From Eledone cirrhosa (taxonomy: Eukaryota), in assembly GCA_964016885.1 (NCBI GenBank), contig OZ024745.1, positions 102,362,001-102,426,000 on the forward strand: a stretch of 64,000 nucleotides of DNA, read 5' to 3'. Position 1 is the stretch's first letter. Each line of letters opens with the position of its first letter. Made by a program: the position numbers and the translations under genes. The notes beneath the pieces are model-generated. The model made no database searches and was not told the DNA's origin. It saw only the letters and a program-made list of their open reading frames with translations. Shown one piece after another: positions 12,460 to 25,845 of the stretch.

Positions 12460-13456
12460 TAATGATGGTGATGCTGGTAGTGGTGATGCTGGTAGTGGTG
12501 GTGTTGGTAGTGGTGGTGGTGATGATGACAGTAGTATTAGTAGTGTTGGGGATGATGGTGGTGGTGCTGTTGGTGGTGGTAGTGTTGGTGGTGGTAGTGT
12601 TGGTAGTGTTGGTGGTGGTAGTGTTGGTAGTGTTGGTTGTGGTGGTGGTGGTGCTGTTGGTGGTGGTAGTGTTGGTTGTGGTGGCGGTGGTGCTGTTGGT
12701 GGTGGTAGTGTTGGTTGTGGTGGTTGTGGTGGTGATGGTGCTATTGGTGGTGGTTGTGGTGGTGGAGGTGGTGATGGTGGTGGTGGTGATGGTGGTGATG
12801 AGGATGATCGTAGTGGTGGTGGTGATGATGGTGTTGGTGAGGTGATGATGATAATGATGGTGGTGTTGGTAGTGGTGGTGGTGATGAAGGTGATGGTAGT
12901 GGTGATGATGGTGGTATTGGTAGTGGTAGTGATGAAGGTGATGGTGGTGGTGGTGATGATGATAGTGGTGGTGGTGATGATGGTATTAGTAGTGGTGATG
13001 ATGACGGTGGTAGTGGTAGTGATGATGATGGTAGTGGTGATGATGGTAGTGGTGGTGATGATGATAGTGGTGGTGGTGATGATGATAGTGGTGGTGATGA
13101 TGATGATAGTGGTGGTGATGATGATGATAGTGGTGGTGGTGATGATGATGATAGTGGTGGTGATGATGATGATGGGGTGCTGTTGGTGGTGGTAGTGTTG
13201 GTTGTGGTGGAGGTGGTGATGGTGGTGATGGTGGTGATGAGGATGATCGTAGTGGTGGTGGTGGTGGTGATGATGGTGTTGGTGAGGTGATGATGATAAT
13301 GATGGTGGTGTTGGTAGTGGTGGTGATGATGATGATGATAGTGGTGGTGATGATGGTATTGGTAGTGGTGATGATGATGATGATGATGGTGGTGGTGATG
13401 ATGATGGTGGTGGTGGTGGTGGTGATGATAGTGGTGGTGGTGATAATGATGGTGCC
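12460..13456. repeat. About 1 kb cryptic triplet repeat (GGT/GAT/AGT/TGT); the overlapping ORFs are artefacts
   Basis: Low-complexity triplets throughout; an internal block of about 130 bp is duplicated (about 12750-12880 vs 13200-13325). Confidence 0.92.
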
Positions 13457-15250
13457 AATATTTTAGAAGGTGGAAACAGTTAATTATATTATCTTCAGTA
13501 TTTGTGTTGTGTATTTTATCAAGACTGAAGTAAAGCCATCATATGAATTTAGACTATTAAGAGATACACTAAGGTCCTAATACAATTTATGAAGGTGTGT
13601 GGCTTAGTGGTTAGAGAGTTGGATTAACAATCATGAGGTTGTGAGTTCAATTCTCAGATTTGGCGATATTTCACATTGCTCCTTCTGCCAGGAGTTGTGA
13701 CCAGTAGATAGTATCAGCAAGGGAAACATCAATGGAAACATTGTTTCCTAGGTCCGTTTGATGAGGTCCACCCCACTCAGAAAGTGAATGAGGTCCGAGA
13801 TCTTGTCAATCGATCAGAGCGAGTGACAATTGATATTTTCATCATCATCATCAAGGCCTCATCAACCTCAAGTTCATCATCATCATCAAGGCCTCATCAA
13901 CCTCAAGTTCCACTTGAAGAGGAATGAGAGAGTAAGAGTAAGAGTAGAGAGGGAGGTGCTGCCTTTTAGTGTGTTTTATGAAAGCTAAGTGAGAGTGGCG
14001 AGATTGAGGAGGCTGAATCAGCCTACTCTGTTTTTCTAAGCAGAAGAAAAGAAACCAGAAGATGGCACTTCCAATGCCCATGAGACATTTGTTTAAAAAA
14101 AACTATTGTTTTCTCTACTGGCCTCAGCCGGATGGCTGAAACAGGTAAAAGAGTAAAAGAGTGATATCCCCTTTCCTTTACTCAATGTAACCCTCAATAT
14201 ATGTTTTTTCTGCATGTATTGTCACCAATGCCTTGGATACCTTGTGGCCAATAAAGGAAATCATTCTTATTACAACAACTTGAAGCAAATGTAATTCTTC
14301 TTCAAAAAATCATTTAAATATCCAAAATATCTAGAACACGAAAACTATTTTTTCCATCTTTTCAAAAGTATATTAAACACGTTACAATATGGCCATTTTT
14401 CTGTAGTTTACGAAATAAATGGATATAAAGGATAAAGTTATGGAAATATGTAGAGAAAAATGAGGAAAAAATAGTTTTTATCATAGATAAGGTAAACAAT
14501 TTGAAAAAAAAAAAGAGAAAGAATAAAAGGACCTTTAAGAGATACTTTTTAATCAATACCAAAGATCAGATAAATGGATGCAAAAAAAAAAAAAAAAAAA
14601 AAAAAAAAACTGCAAAGCTGATTAGATAGTTATAGTTGAAGAAATAAAGGATATATCTTGTGAGAAGCAGAATTTGGGAGAAGAAGGTGAGGGCTGAGAG
14701 TAAAACTAGCAAAGTGGTGTATTTTATAAGAAATAAAGTAAGTATGCTAGATAAAAAAAAAGATTGCCTGAATAAAGTAACATTGATAAGGATACAATTT
14801 TCAGGGATAATAGAAAAAGTAATGATAAGATTGTGTTGATGTGGGAGACCATTTCATAAGGAATGGGAAGAAAAATGAGTAATACTATAGGAAGGGGGTC
14901 TGTTTAATGTATAGTTTTAAAATAGTTTTAAAATTCTCTCGAAAGTCATTTTGTGCACAAATCTCTTGAAATACAGAAAACTCTTAAACCCAATACTTAA
15001 GTTCTTAGGGATAAAAATGTCTAGATTTAAATATTGATTGAACTTTAGAGAATCCAAGAAAGGATTAAATGACTGTTTTGCTGTGTAGAGTTGTCCAATG
15101 AGTTTATTTTTGGAAGACACTCTTACCATGAATTCTTGTGTATGACACTTACTCTCAAGTAAGAAATCAAGTTTATTGCAGGTTTTATTTATTTATATAT
15201 AATATTATTCAAAATATTAATAAATGAAGACATTCACATAATCAAAATAT

Positions 15251-15320
15251 ATGTTATATTATATATATTTCGAAGGTACTGTGCTGTTTTTTCAGTACAT
15301 CCTCGTCAGATAAAATACAT
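15251..15320 (-). ncRNA. Type I minimal hammerhead motif (PLE-type)
   Basis: Minus strand: ATGTATTTTAT-CTGACGA-GGATGTACTG-(11 nt)-CAGTACCTTC-GAAA-TATATA-TA-ATATAACAT. Stem II pairs at 9 of 10 positions; stem I is imperfect. Confidence 0.65.
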
Positions 15321-15376
15321 GAATTGATGTATGACATACCTCAACGGTCTTGATGGTTCAATTCCAGTATTGGCAG

Positions 15377-15412
<36 letters not shown>

Positions 15413-15415
<3 letters not shown>

Positions 15416-15612
15416 CCCAGTAGAAGGAAGACGCTGTAGAGGAAGACCACGAAAAATATGGGCGAATGTGGTGAGAGCAGACCTCAGATCACTGAAGCTC
15501 ATGGAGGAGATGACGAAGGACCGTGACAAGTGGAGAGATGCTGTGCTGAATAGGACCCGTCCCACCCTTGCAAGCAGGGAAAAGCAGATGTAAAAATGAT
15601 GATGATGATGAT
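15413..15612 (+). mobile_element. RTE-clade LINE 3' end (family R-B) next to (TA)n
   Basis: Encodes IPVEGRRCRGRPRKIWANVVRADL...DRDKWR, followed by a (GAT)n tail. Confidence 0.88.
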
Positions 15613-17025
15613 ATATCTCACCAGCAAATTGGCAGAATCATAAGAACATCAGACTGAATGCAATTGGTATTTGTTCCAGCTATATGTACTCAGAGTTCAA
15701 ATCCTGCCATGGTCAACTTTACTGTTCATACTTTTGGAGTCAGTAAATAAAATACTAGTCAAGAGGTGAAAGATTGGTGGAAATTTTAAAGCACCAGACA
15801 AGTTGCTTTGCAATATCTGTTCCAGCTATGTGTTCTGACTTTACATCATGTCTCCTGCCACCAGGAAATGACACTTCTGCCAGGATGCAACTAAAAGATA
15901 ATATTAGCAATAGAGGGCAGAGCATCAGACAATATGCTTTGTGGCATACAGCTACATCCTTTTACGTTCTGAGTTCAAATTTTGCTGAGGTTAGCTTTGC
16001 CTTTCATCCTTACGGGGTCAATAAAATAAAGTATCAGTAATGCACTGGTGTTGATTTAATCGACTTTGCCATCCGCCAAATTTGTTAGCCTTGTGCCTAA
16101 ATCAGAAACCAATATTATCAATAGAGAGATCAATGAGAACATAGTTTCTCTTCGGTCTGATCTGATGATTGACATCTTCCATTTCTTTCATTTTTTTTAT
16201 ATCTAGGGACATCTTAACCACAAAACTACAAGGTAGTAAAATATTCGACAGTTGTACCATATCATGGTTTATTTATGTGCACCTAGAGAGCATTAAGCCA
16301 TATAGATTTAAGTAAGTTAACCTTTTGACCAGGGTTACAGTGTAGCACTAATGATAAAATTTAAATCAATAACCCTTTGGCTGTACCTGCCATTATATTA
16401 TAATAAAGTTAACTGTTGAAACAGTTATAGTAGAAACAGTACAAAGATATTTAATAATTGGCAATATCTAATTACGGTTTCATATTGAGATTCATGCATG
16501 CTATATTTCTTGTAAGAAAACTACAGGGCAAAACTACCCAATTATAAATATATAATTACATTTATATTTGTTGATCTGGAAAAGCTGAGACTGTTGTTAA
16601 TGTTATTTGATAGACTAAAGAATAATTATGTATCTACAACTGAAGTAATTCATTTTATTATGTGAACAATATATATATTATATATATACACATATACATA
16701 CATATATATACACACATATATATATACACACACACACATATATACACCCACACATCTATATATATATATATATATATATAAACTAAAAGCTGCAGATAGT
16801 TGTTATGATACTCAAGAAGTAGCTAATATGTCACCTTATGATTTGTACAGGAGAAAGAAGTAGAAAAGATTATGTAAGTTGATAAACTTATGAAAGTAAA
16901 AAGTTGATAAAACAGGTTAAGAATCAATAATGCTTCAAGTGAAAAAGACAAAGCTAATTAATTTGTCAGTAAGGAAAGTTTTGGCCTTTTTGATTTTCAT
17001 TTTACATTACTAAATTTAAAACTAA

Positions 17026-17635
17026 ATGCTTTGTATTCTTTACGGTCTGAGTTCAAATCCCGCCGAGGTTAACTTTGCCTTTCATCCTTACAGGGTCGAT
17101 AAAATAAAGTACCAGTGGATTGGCAGTATCGGTAGAGGGTCGGGCGCCATGCTTTCCAGCATAGTTACGTCCCTTTACGATCTGAGTTCAAATCCCGCGG
17201 AGGTTGACTTTGCCTTTCATCCTTACAGGGTCGATAAAATAAAGTACCAGTAATGTACTGGGTAATTGCTGGCCTTGTTCCAAAAGTAGAAACAATTATT
17301 ATTATTATTAAGGCGGTGGATTGCCAGTATCGGTAGATGGTCGGACACTATGCTTTGCAGCATAGAATTACGGCCCTTTGTGATCTAAGTTCAAATCCAG
17401 CCGAGGTTAACTTTGCCTTTCATCCTTACTGGGTCGATAAAATAAAGTACCACTCGCACACTGGGGTCGATTTAATCGACTTTCCCCTCCCCCCAAATTG
17501 CTGGCCTTGTGCCTATATAAGAAACCATTATTATCCCGCCGAGGTTAACTTTGCCTTTCATCCTTACGGGGCCGATAAAATAAAGTACCAGTAATACACT
17601 GGGATAATTGCTGGCCTTGTGCCAAAGTAGAAACA

Positions 17636-17667
<32 letters not shown>

Positions 17668-18460
17668 GGGCAGTGGATTGGCAGTATCGGTAGAGTCAGA
17701 CACCATGTTTTGCAGCATAGAGTTATGGTCCGAGTTCAAATCCCACCGAGGTTAACTTTGCCTTTCATGCTTACAGGGGTCGATGAATCAAAGTACGAGT
17801 AATGTACTGGTATCGATTCAATCGACTTTCCCCTTGCCCAAAATTGCTGGCCTGTGCCTATATAAGAAACCATTGGATTGGCAGTATCGGTGGAGGGTCG
17901 GACGCCATGCTTTCCAGCATAGTTACGTCCCTTTACGATCTGAGTTCAAATCCCGCCGAGGTTGACTTTGCCTTTCATCGTTACGGGGTCGATAAAATAA
18001 AGTACCAGTAATGCACTGGGTAATTGCTGGCCTTGTGCCTAAAGTAGAAACAATTATTATGATTATGTATTCAGTAAGGGCTGTGGATTGGCAGAATCAT
18101 TTGAGCATTTGACAAAATGCTTTGCAGCATTTAGTTATGTCACTTTACATTCTGAGTTCAAATGCTACCTAACTTTGTCTTTCATCTTTATGGGGTCAAT
18201 AAAATAATCTACCAGTAAAGTACTGGGTTCAATTTAATCACTTTACCATATCCTTAAAAGTAGAAATAATTATTATGGGTTCAGCAAGAGCTGTGGATTG
18301 GCCAACTCAGAGAATTGATCAGAATGCTTTGCAGTCTTGAGTCTAGGCTCTCTACACTGAGTGTAAATCACATCTTTCGAGGATCAATAAAATAAAAACA
18401 TACAAGTACTGGAGTCGATTTAATTAACTTTCCTCTTCACCAATGTTACTGGCCTTGTTC
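17026..18460 (+). mobile_element. Head-to-tail cluster of about 8 full or partial family A SINEs
   Basis: Repeated B-box/GCCTTTCATCC/GTAGAAACAATT modules of differing divergence, all in the same orientation. Confidence 0.92.
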
Positions 18461-19939
18461 ATAAGGTATAGCTTCTACATCAGTGTTGTATCAATTGAAA
18501 AGATGAAGAAATCTAAAATCATTATCAAAATACAATGTCAGAGAAGTGATTTTACATTTTTTATCCTTTAGAAGCAACATAGGCTTTTAGGGGAAAAAAA
18601 AAAGGATCAGGACTATTTTTTGATCTCTAATTATACATAAGGATAAGAACTTCATCAAGAATAATGTGAATAAAAACAACAAATAATAACTATAACGATG
18701 ACAATGAGAAAACTATGATAATGTTGATAGCAAGAGTGATGATTATGGTGAGGACGGCGATGATTACCATGATGATGAAACTAAGAAAAATTGAGACAAA
18801 AATATATATTCAAAAGTATTCAATGAGGTTTTGTAAAAATATTAAATATTTCAGCAAATTCGCTGAACTTTACTTAGCAATCAATTTTCTAAAAAAGTTT
18901 TAAAACTATAATTGTGATAAAAAGGATTGAAAGAATGTGAAGAAGACATTAGCTCATCACTTTTACATTCTGGGAAGTAAAAAAAAATAACAGAATATAC
19001 ATGTAATTGATTTTAATGTCTCCTTAAGCTATTGTCGGTCATAAATGGAAGTAAATACAGATGACATCTGTGGGATAAAGAAGTGAAAAATAAAATAGTT
19101 ATTAGACAGTGAATATATCCATTCTATTTTTGATTACTTTTCAACATTATTGATTAAAAGCTGTGCTGTAAATTAGAAATTCATGTTGTTATTTTCTCAG
19201 CTCGAATTATGTTCCTAAAAAAAAGTAAAAGAACAATTTGTATTCTCATAACAGATTTTTTAGCTAATAAAATGTGAGAAGAAAATAATGTTAATGTAAA
19301 AAAAAATGTATGTGATGGAGAGAAAAAAGATAAATAAAACAATGAATCAATTTATTAAATGATTTTCGCACAATGTACATTGGAAGTTCAAAGAAATTTT
19401 ATTGGAAAGTAACAACAGTATTTCACAAAATATTTCAATGGATATTGGTCCATTTTCACTATCATACAATTTTCAATAGAATTAATGCCTGTAACATTGA
19501 TAATTATTCTCTTAGTCAATAGCAGTCTTATACAATCTTCATTATAAGCTCTCTATAAACTATATGTCTATACTAAATATTTATCAGTGTTAAATCATGA
19601 ATCATGAACAAAGCAGTTAATTTTGAAATAAATAAAGAAATAAGTATTTCAGTCATTACTTGCTGTAAAAATATAGTGTTCATAGTTATCTGTTTGTTAC
19701 ATTTTCTAAGAAACCAAATTTAATTGTTATAAATTATAACAATTATTTAAGGTATTATGCTGCCTATTACTTGTTAAAAGACTCAAAGACATTCTTTGTG
19801 GTTAGCGTGATAGGAATCTTGAATTTATTTCTAAATATGAATAATTCTTCTGTATAGTTTTCTTCAGTATTTCTGACTTCTTTCATTTCTAGATCCAAAG
19901 ATAAGAAACAACTGTATTCTTTTAATATATGTCTTCAAC

Positions 19940-20167
19940 TTAACCCTTTAGCATTCACATTACTCTATATTTACTATTATATTTTCATGGTAAAGGCTTT
20001 ACCTCGCATAATAATCTCACATAATATCGAATCTATGAGATTTTGAAAGTATTTATTTTGAGAACAATACCTTAACATTAGTCTGAGTGACCAGGTACAG
20101 CCAGTTTCAACAGAAAAAGGTAGAGAATTCTGGCCGATTTTGGCCAGTTTGAACATTAAAGGGTTAA
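19940..20167 (+). mobile_element. piggyBac-type MITE M1
   Basis: TTAA flanks, CCCTTT/AAAGGG termini, near-identical to 9641-9868. Confidence 0.88.
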
Positions 20168-20645
20168 GTGGAGACGGGTGATATTATTGGGTAACATGAA
20201 TGTGGTTAACGCTTCTATTAAAGTATACATTATTAAATATTAGCTTATAAAAGTTCAAATCTTAATGTTTAGTGTAGAACTTTAAGACACGTTACAATTA
20301 ATGAGTGATGGAAAGAACGATGTGCTATTTTTTTAACTTTATAGTATTGAAATACTGATTTGTTTTATTTGATGGGAATAAATTGACAGCTTCTTAGAGT
20401 ATAACACTTGATACACTACTTCCTACTACTTCCAACCTTCCTATAGTGGTGCCACTAATTGTGATAGGTTACTAATAGGAGAGGTTTACCAGTAGATAAA
20501 ATAGGGGTCTCAACTCATGGATAACAATTGGCTTCACTCTCCAGTAAGCCCAGGTTTTCTATAGATTCATCCAAGGCAACTGCTTTCCATCTGGAATTAA
20601 CTGTAATTAGTGGCAAATAATTTCCTTTATTCTTAGAGAACTCCA

Positions 20646-20861
20646 TTAATCCATTAGCATTTTAACTGGTTGTATCTGGCCAGAATTCTCTCACCTCTTT
20701 ATGTTCAAACTGGCCATAACTGACCACTTATACCGATGTTAAGGCATTGTTCTCAAAACAAATAACATCAAAATCTCATAGATTCAATATTATATGAGAT
20801 AAAGCCTTTACTACGAAAATACAATAATATATAGAGAATAATGTAAATGCTAAAGGGCTAA
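20646..20861 (-). mobile_element. piggyBac-type MITE M1 (diverged)
   Basis: Reverse-orientation match to M1; termini degraded. Confidence 0.75.
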
Positions 20862-20864
20862 TAC

Positions 20865-21613
20865 ACACGATAATGGTGCAATCTAATTGGAAGTTTGTGA
20901 GATTAGGGACAGATGGACTCAATAGGTAGACCGCTTAGCTAGAATATTAGAATGCAGACATGTTTATGACTTGCTTATGTCAATTTTAACAACATTACAT
21001 TGGCTGAATTTCTCCTGGCTTTACAGAAGTCATGGAGGTAAGAGACATTAAGTAGAGAAAGAGACTCAGGTTATTACAGATGGAATTTATTAGCCAGACC
21101 TTTGATATGTTGAAAGTGAGATCGATAAGCCAATAGATGTCAGGGTAAAAGAGGTTGTAGCATGCTTCCAAGGATTGAGATAAATCCTTATATATAGAGA
21201 TAGATATCTAAGAGTTTTTCAGGGATATGAACTAGCATTGAGAAATATTGTTTGGGGGTAATAGAAGGGAGAGTTTTAGAGCTGGTGTCATTGTTGCTTT
21301 GAAATGAATGGAGATGGCTGATTTCACATTTAACATATATGTTCATATAGTGGTCAACTTAGTTGAATGCTAAAGGAAAGTTTTGGTGGTGTTTTGTCTA
21401 GTGTGTGACGTTGGATTCAAAGCAAGTAGCAAATATAGAAACTTGCTCCATGGAATCATCATGATTGAAAAGTGAAAAGTAGGAAGATTCCAAAATGTTT
21501 GAAAGAATCTAGGAGAATCAGCTGAATTTTGAAAGGCACGAGAGCTTATGGACTGTGCAATGTACAATAAGATCTTTGGGGCTTTGGAAAATAGTCTTGT
21601 ATGGGGTGTGGTA
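20865..21613 (-). pseudogene. Degenerate LINE RT remnant
   Basis: Minus strand AAAATTGACATAAGCAAG encodes KIDISK, resembling the RT (L/I)DISKAFD motif; otherwise decayed. Confidence 0.35.
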
Positions 21614-21844
21614 AACTCAATGGTTTTTACTCACTACCACACCCCATACAAGACTATTTTCCAAAGTGTGTGTTAGATAGTTATCAAGGTACGTATTTGC
21701 ACTTTGATTTATACTTTTAATTATTGTGTGTCTACTTAGCCTTCCATGGGCTATAGATTCCATATGCTGGTGGTTTTTCCCTGTTTGACTGATGGCACAC
21801 TATCTCTCTCTCTCTCTCTGGTGTGTTATCTTTTCTACATATTG

Positions 21845-21904
<60 letters not shown>

Positions 21905-23554
21905 ATCAAAAGTAAATGGAAAATAACGAAGCAAAGAATACAGTACAATGAAGATATATATTAATCTAATGCTTGATATAGCAGGGAAAGAGTCTTAATA
22001 TTTTGGATGTTAGTCTTTCATAAAAATATAGAATAAGAAATAAAAAAAGAAATAGATGATAGAAATAAAAGAAATGGACAAAGTACGTGTGCGTGTGCAG
22101 TCAGCCATATTTTTGGAAATTATATAATTATTGAAACAATTTGAAGATAGCACCAGTAGATCTTAACCCAGTATATTAAAAAAAACAATCAGAAGTGCAT
22201 AAGATATAGAAAGCGAGTTAATATAAGAAAATATATAACATTCAATTTACGATCATAGGCAAATCCATTACTTAGGGAGAATTATATATAAATCTATCAA
22301 ACCAGACAAATTGAATGTGTCTATGCTTGCCGAATTTCCACTCGCTTCATGATTTTACAGAATTTGTATTTAGTAAATACAAATATCAAAGCACACTATG
22401 ATTTGGTTTGGGGTAAAAACGATGTGTGGGGACGCAATAATTTTCAACCCCAGACTATGTGGTTTCATTTCTGCACCCCACACCTAGAGTGTGCATATGC
22501 AGGACTCCATGCACAGAAGCTATTCGTTTTTCCCCAAAATCATCCAGTAAAAAACAACCACAGCCAGGACTGGTGGAGAAAATTATCAATGGAGTTTAGT
22601 CCTAAATATCCTATTGAATAGGTCTGAATATATATATTGCATTTACATTAATTGATTTTAATATTGTAGTAAATGACCGCATACCTAGACAAGATCATCA
22701 GGGATCATGTATTCAACTTTGCTTTTTGTTTTATCAGTCTAGGAATTGGTATACAATAAAAACGTGGGACGAGTCCTGTTTAAACCAAGAACAGCAAATC
22801 TTTTCTACAGACTACGGAATAAGCTAAAAGATTGTCAAAATACTTTTAAAACATGGGAGACATCTTAAATGCTGCAATATTCAACAAAATGAATACTTTG
22901 CTGCTTCTTCTTTGCCCACGTATTCCTGAGAGGGTTGTTGGGGCAGAGTCCTCAAACACTCCTTCCAGTGGGTCCTGGCAAAAGCAACTGTATCCAACTG
23001 ATCCAGCTGGAACCCCAAGGGAGACAAGCCAAGCTCATGGATGTTATCTAACCATTTTGTTTCAGGTCAATGCCTGGGTCTCCTGCTAGTTCTAATTTGT
23101 TTTGTATTTTTTTTTTTTTTTTTTGTAAGATGAGTGTTGAGAAATTAAATGCAGTAAATTCCTGCATGATACATCAAGGTGGATAAGCCCACACAATTGT
23201 TAAAGCAAAAGGGTAGCAACTAGTGGCTAGAACAACAAATATACTCTTTGCCAAACTGTTTATATTCAATATTCTCATGATTATATATTTGTCAATAAAT
23301 CTTCCAGTTGTGTATATTTGGTAATTAGTTTTCACAACACATCGTGCAACTTATAAATTATACAGCAAATTACATTGCATTTAAATGAATTCTATATAAA
23401 TATTCTATTGTGTAATGTGTTATATAATTTTATTTTAACATTAATTGTTACATCTATAATGCCATCCAAATATGTGATATGCAAGCAGCCTGGTTCTGTG
23501 AGCATAAATGACTTTAACGAAGCTGAATCTAAATGATACCCATTAAATGAAAAT

Positions 23555-23777
23555 TTAACACTTTAGCATTTACATTACTCTATATATACTACTATATTTT
23601 CACAGCAAAGGTACCTCACATAATTATCTCATACAATATAGAATCTACGAGATTTTGATATTTATATTAAGAACAAAACCTTAACATCAGTATAAATGGC
23701 TGGTTACAGCCAGTTTGAACAGAAAGAGGTGAGAACATTCTGGATGGATATAGCCGGTTTAAATGCTAAAGGGTTAA
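23555..23777 (+). mobile_element. piggyBac-type MITE M1
   Basis: TTAA flanks; TIR C.CTTTAGCATTT / AAATGCTAAAGGG. Confidence 0.85.
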
Positions 23778-23982
23778 AAATTGTTATTTTCATCTGTGGT
23801 GATAGATATCACTTGAAGTTTGTTCTGTCACTGAATAACCATTCACTACAACCTTTTCTGGATCATCATCATATTTTCTTTTTTCTCTCTTTTGTTTTGG
23901 GGTGGAGATGGGTGCAGGGATGGAGTGAAGAGTTTTATATGGTAAATAGTGAATACTATCATGACCAGTATAGTGACATAAT

Positions 23983-24181
23983 TGTTTCTACTTTAGGCAC
24001 AAGGCCAGCAAGGTCAGCAATTACCCAGTGCATTACTGGTACTTTATTTTATCGACCCCCGTAACGATGAAAGGCAAAGTCAACGTCGGCGGGATTTGAA
24101 CTCAGATCATAAGTGGACGTAACTATACTGGAAAGCATGACGTCGGACCCTCTACCGATACTGCCAATCCATCACCCTATT
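23983..24181 (-). mobile_element. Family A SINE with 16-bp TSD
   Basis: TSD AGTATAGTGACATAAT at 23967-23982 and 24182-24197. Confidence 0.93.
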
Positions 24182-24926
24182 AGTATAGTGACATAATGTC
24201 AAAAAAAGAAATGCTGTCTAATCTGTGAGAGGAATATTCTATATTGGCTTGTATACACTATTTCATTAGTTAATTTTCTCCTTACTTCTTATCTATCAGG
24301 TAAAAAGAAACTGGAATTTTCAGTGCCTTAACCAAGAACTACTAATTGAAGGGCCATAAACTTATAAATTGCCTTTCCCTTTCGTTTTAGTTTACATTCT
24401 AGCATGTTCAAAAACTGAAAACAGACAAACCTGATGAGTAGGTAGTTTTGGCATTAATATGCAATACAACAGTTGTGTTTGTCACAAATTCAATACTTGT
24501 CCTTAAAACCAAGTTATACTCTTAAACTCTCTGCTTGTTTCTGACAAAAAAAAAGTTATGAAATATGTGGAAGCCTCTCTTCCTATTTGAAAAGTCAATA
24601 TTTAAATAGACACAAAAAAGAAACCAAAATCTCTGTTCATCACAACTTATGCAAGAGTTTGAAATATATCCATTTTTTAACATTTATCCTAATGCTTACA
24701 AGTATTTTCAAGTGACAGGGAGCTGTCAATTATAAACTAAAAGGTGTCAATAAAAAGTATAAGGAGCACTACATTTGATATGCTTCAATTCCCATTCATA
24801 GTCAGAATAAACATGTGAGATAATATTAAGAGCAAAATAAACTAAAAAAAAGAAAATTTTTCTCTAGAGAAAAAGAATTGTCGAACAGAACAATTTGTAA
24901 TACTTATTTACTTCCCATTATTTTAT

Positions 24927-25105
24927 TTGGCAGTATCGGTAGAGGGTCGGACGCCATGCTTTCCAGCATAGTTACGTCCCTTTACGATCTGAGTTCAAAT
25001 CCCGCCGAGGTTGACTTTGCCTTTCATCCTTACGGGGTCGATAAAATAAAGTACCAGTAATGCACTGGTTAATTGCTGGCCTTGTGCCTAAAGTAGAAAC
25101 AATTA
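24927..25105 (+). mobile_element. Young family A SINE
   Basis: Near-identical to the copies at 17875-18055, 36538-36722, 41737-41921 and 56095-56280. Confidence 0.93.
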
Positions 25106-25780
25106 TTTTATGGGTTCAAATTCTGCTGAAGTCAACTTTAACTTTCATCGTTTCAAGGATAATAAAATAAGTACTAATAACATGCAGTAGTTGCATTCCA
25201 TCAGTCACGACGACAAGTATTCCTGTTGATATGATCAATGGAATAGCCTGTCTGTGAAATTAACGTGCAAGTGGCAGAGCATTCCACAAACACATATACC
25301 CTTAATGTAGTTCTCAAAGAGATTCAGCATGACACAGAATGTGACAAGGCTGGCCCTTCGAATTACTGGTACAATGCATTTTTACCAGCTGTATAGACTG
25401 GAACAATATGAAATAAAGTGTCTTGCTCAAGGACACAATGTGCCACCTGGAATAAAACTCATGACCTTATGATTATGAACTAAATACCCTAACCACAAAG
25501 TCATGCAGCTTACATAAGAAACATACTGAATTGGTATAACTGGTGATGTTCCAGCATGGTCACAGTCCACTAACCAAAACCAGTAAAAGATTAAAGAATA
25601 AATTATATTATTCATATTTAATTATAATTTATTCTATTAAATAGTATAGCTACCACATTATATCTTGTTATGTAACTATGTAATACAATAACCATTTATT
25701 TTATTTGTAATGATTTCATTGTTTTGTATATTCCCTATTTCTAAGACATTTATATTTTGTTCCGTATTCATTGTTGTTGT

Positions 25781-25844
<64 letters not shown>

Positions 25845-25845
25845 T

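Noticed and set aside
12457-13458. 333-aa Pro/His/Thr-rich ORF and the opposite-strand Val/Met ORFs
   Set aside because: Translation of a triplet microsatellite mosaic; no splice context or domain.
17026-18460. tRNA gene cluster
   Set aside because: The A/B boxes belong to SINE heads; no cloverleaf with an acceptor stem, and a SINE core and tail follow each.
24431-24460. CTGATGAG hammerhead core
   Set aside because: No stem II or GAAA partner downstream.
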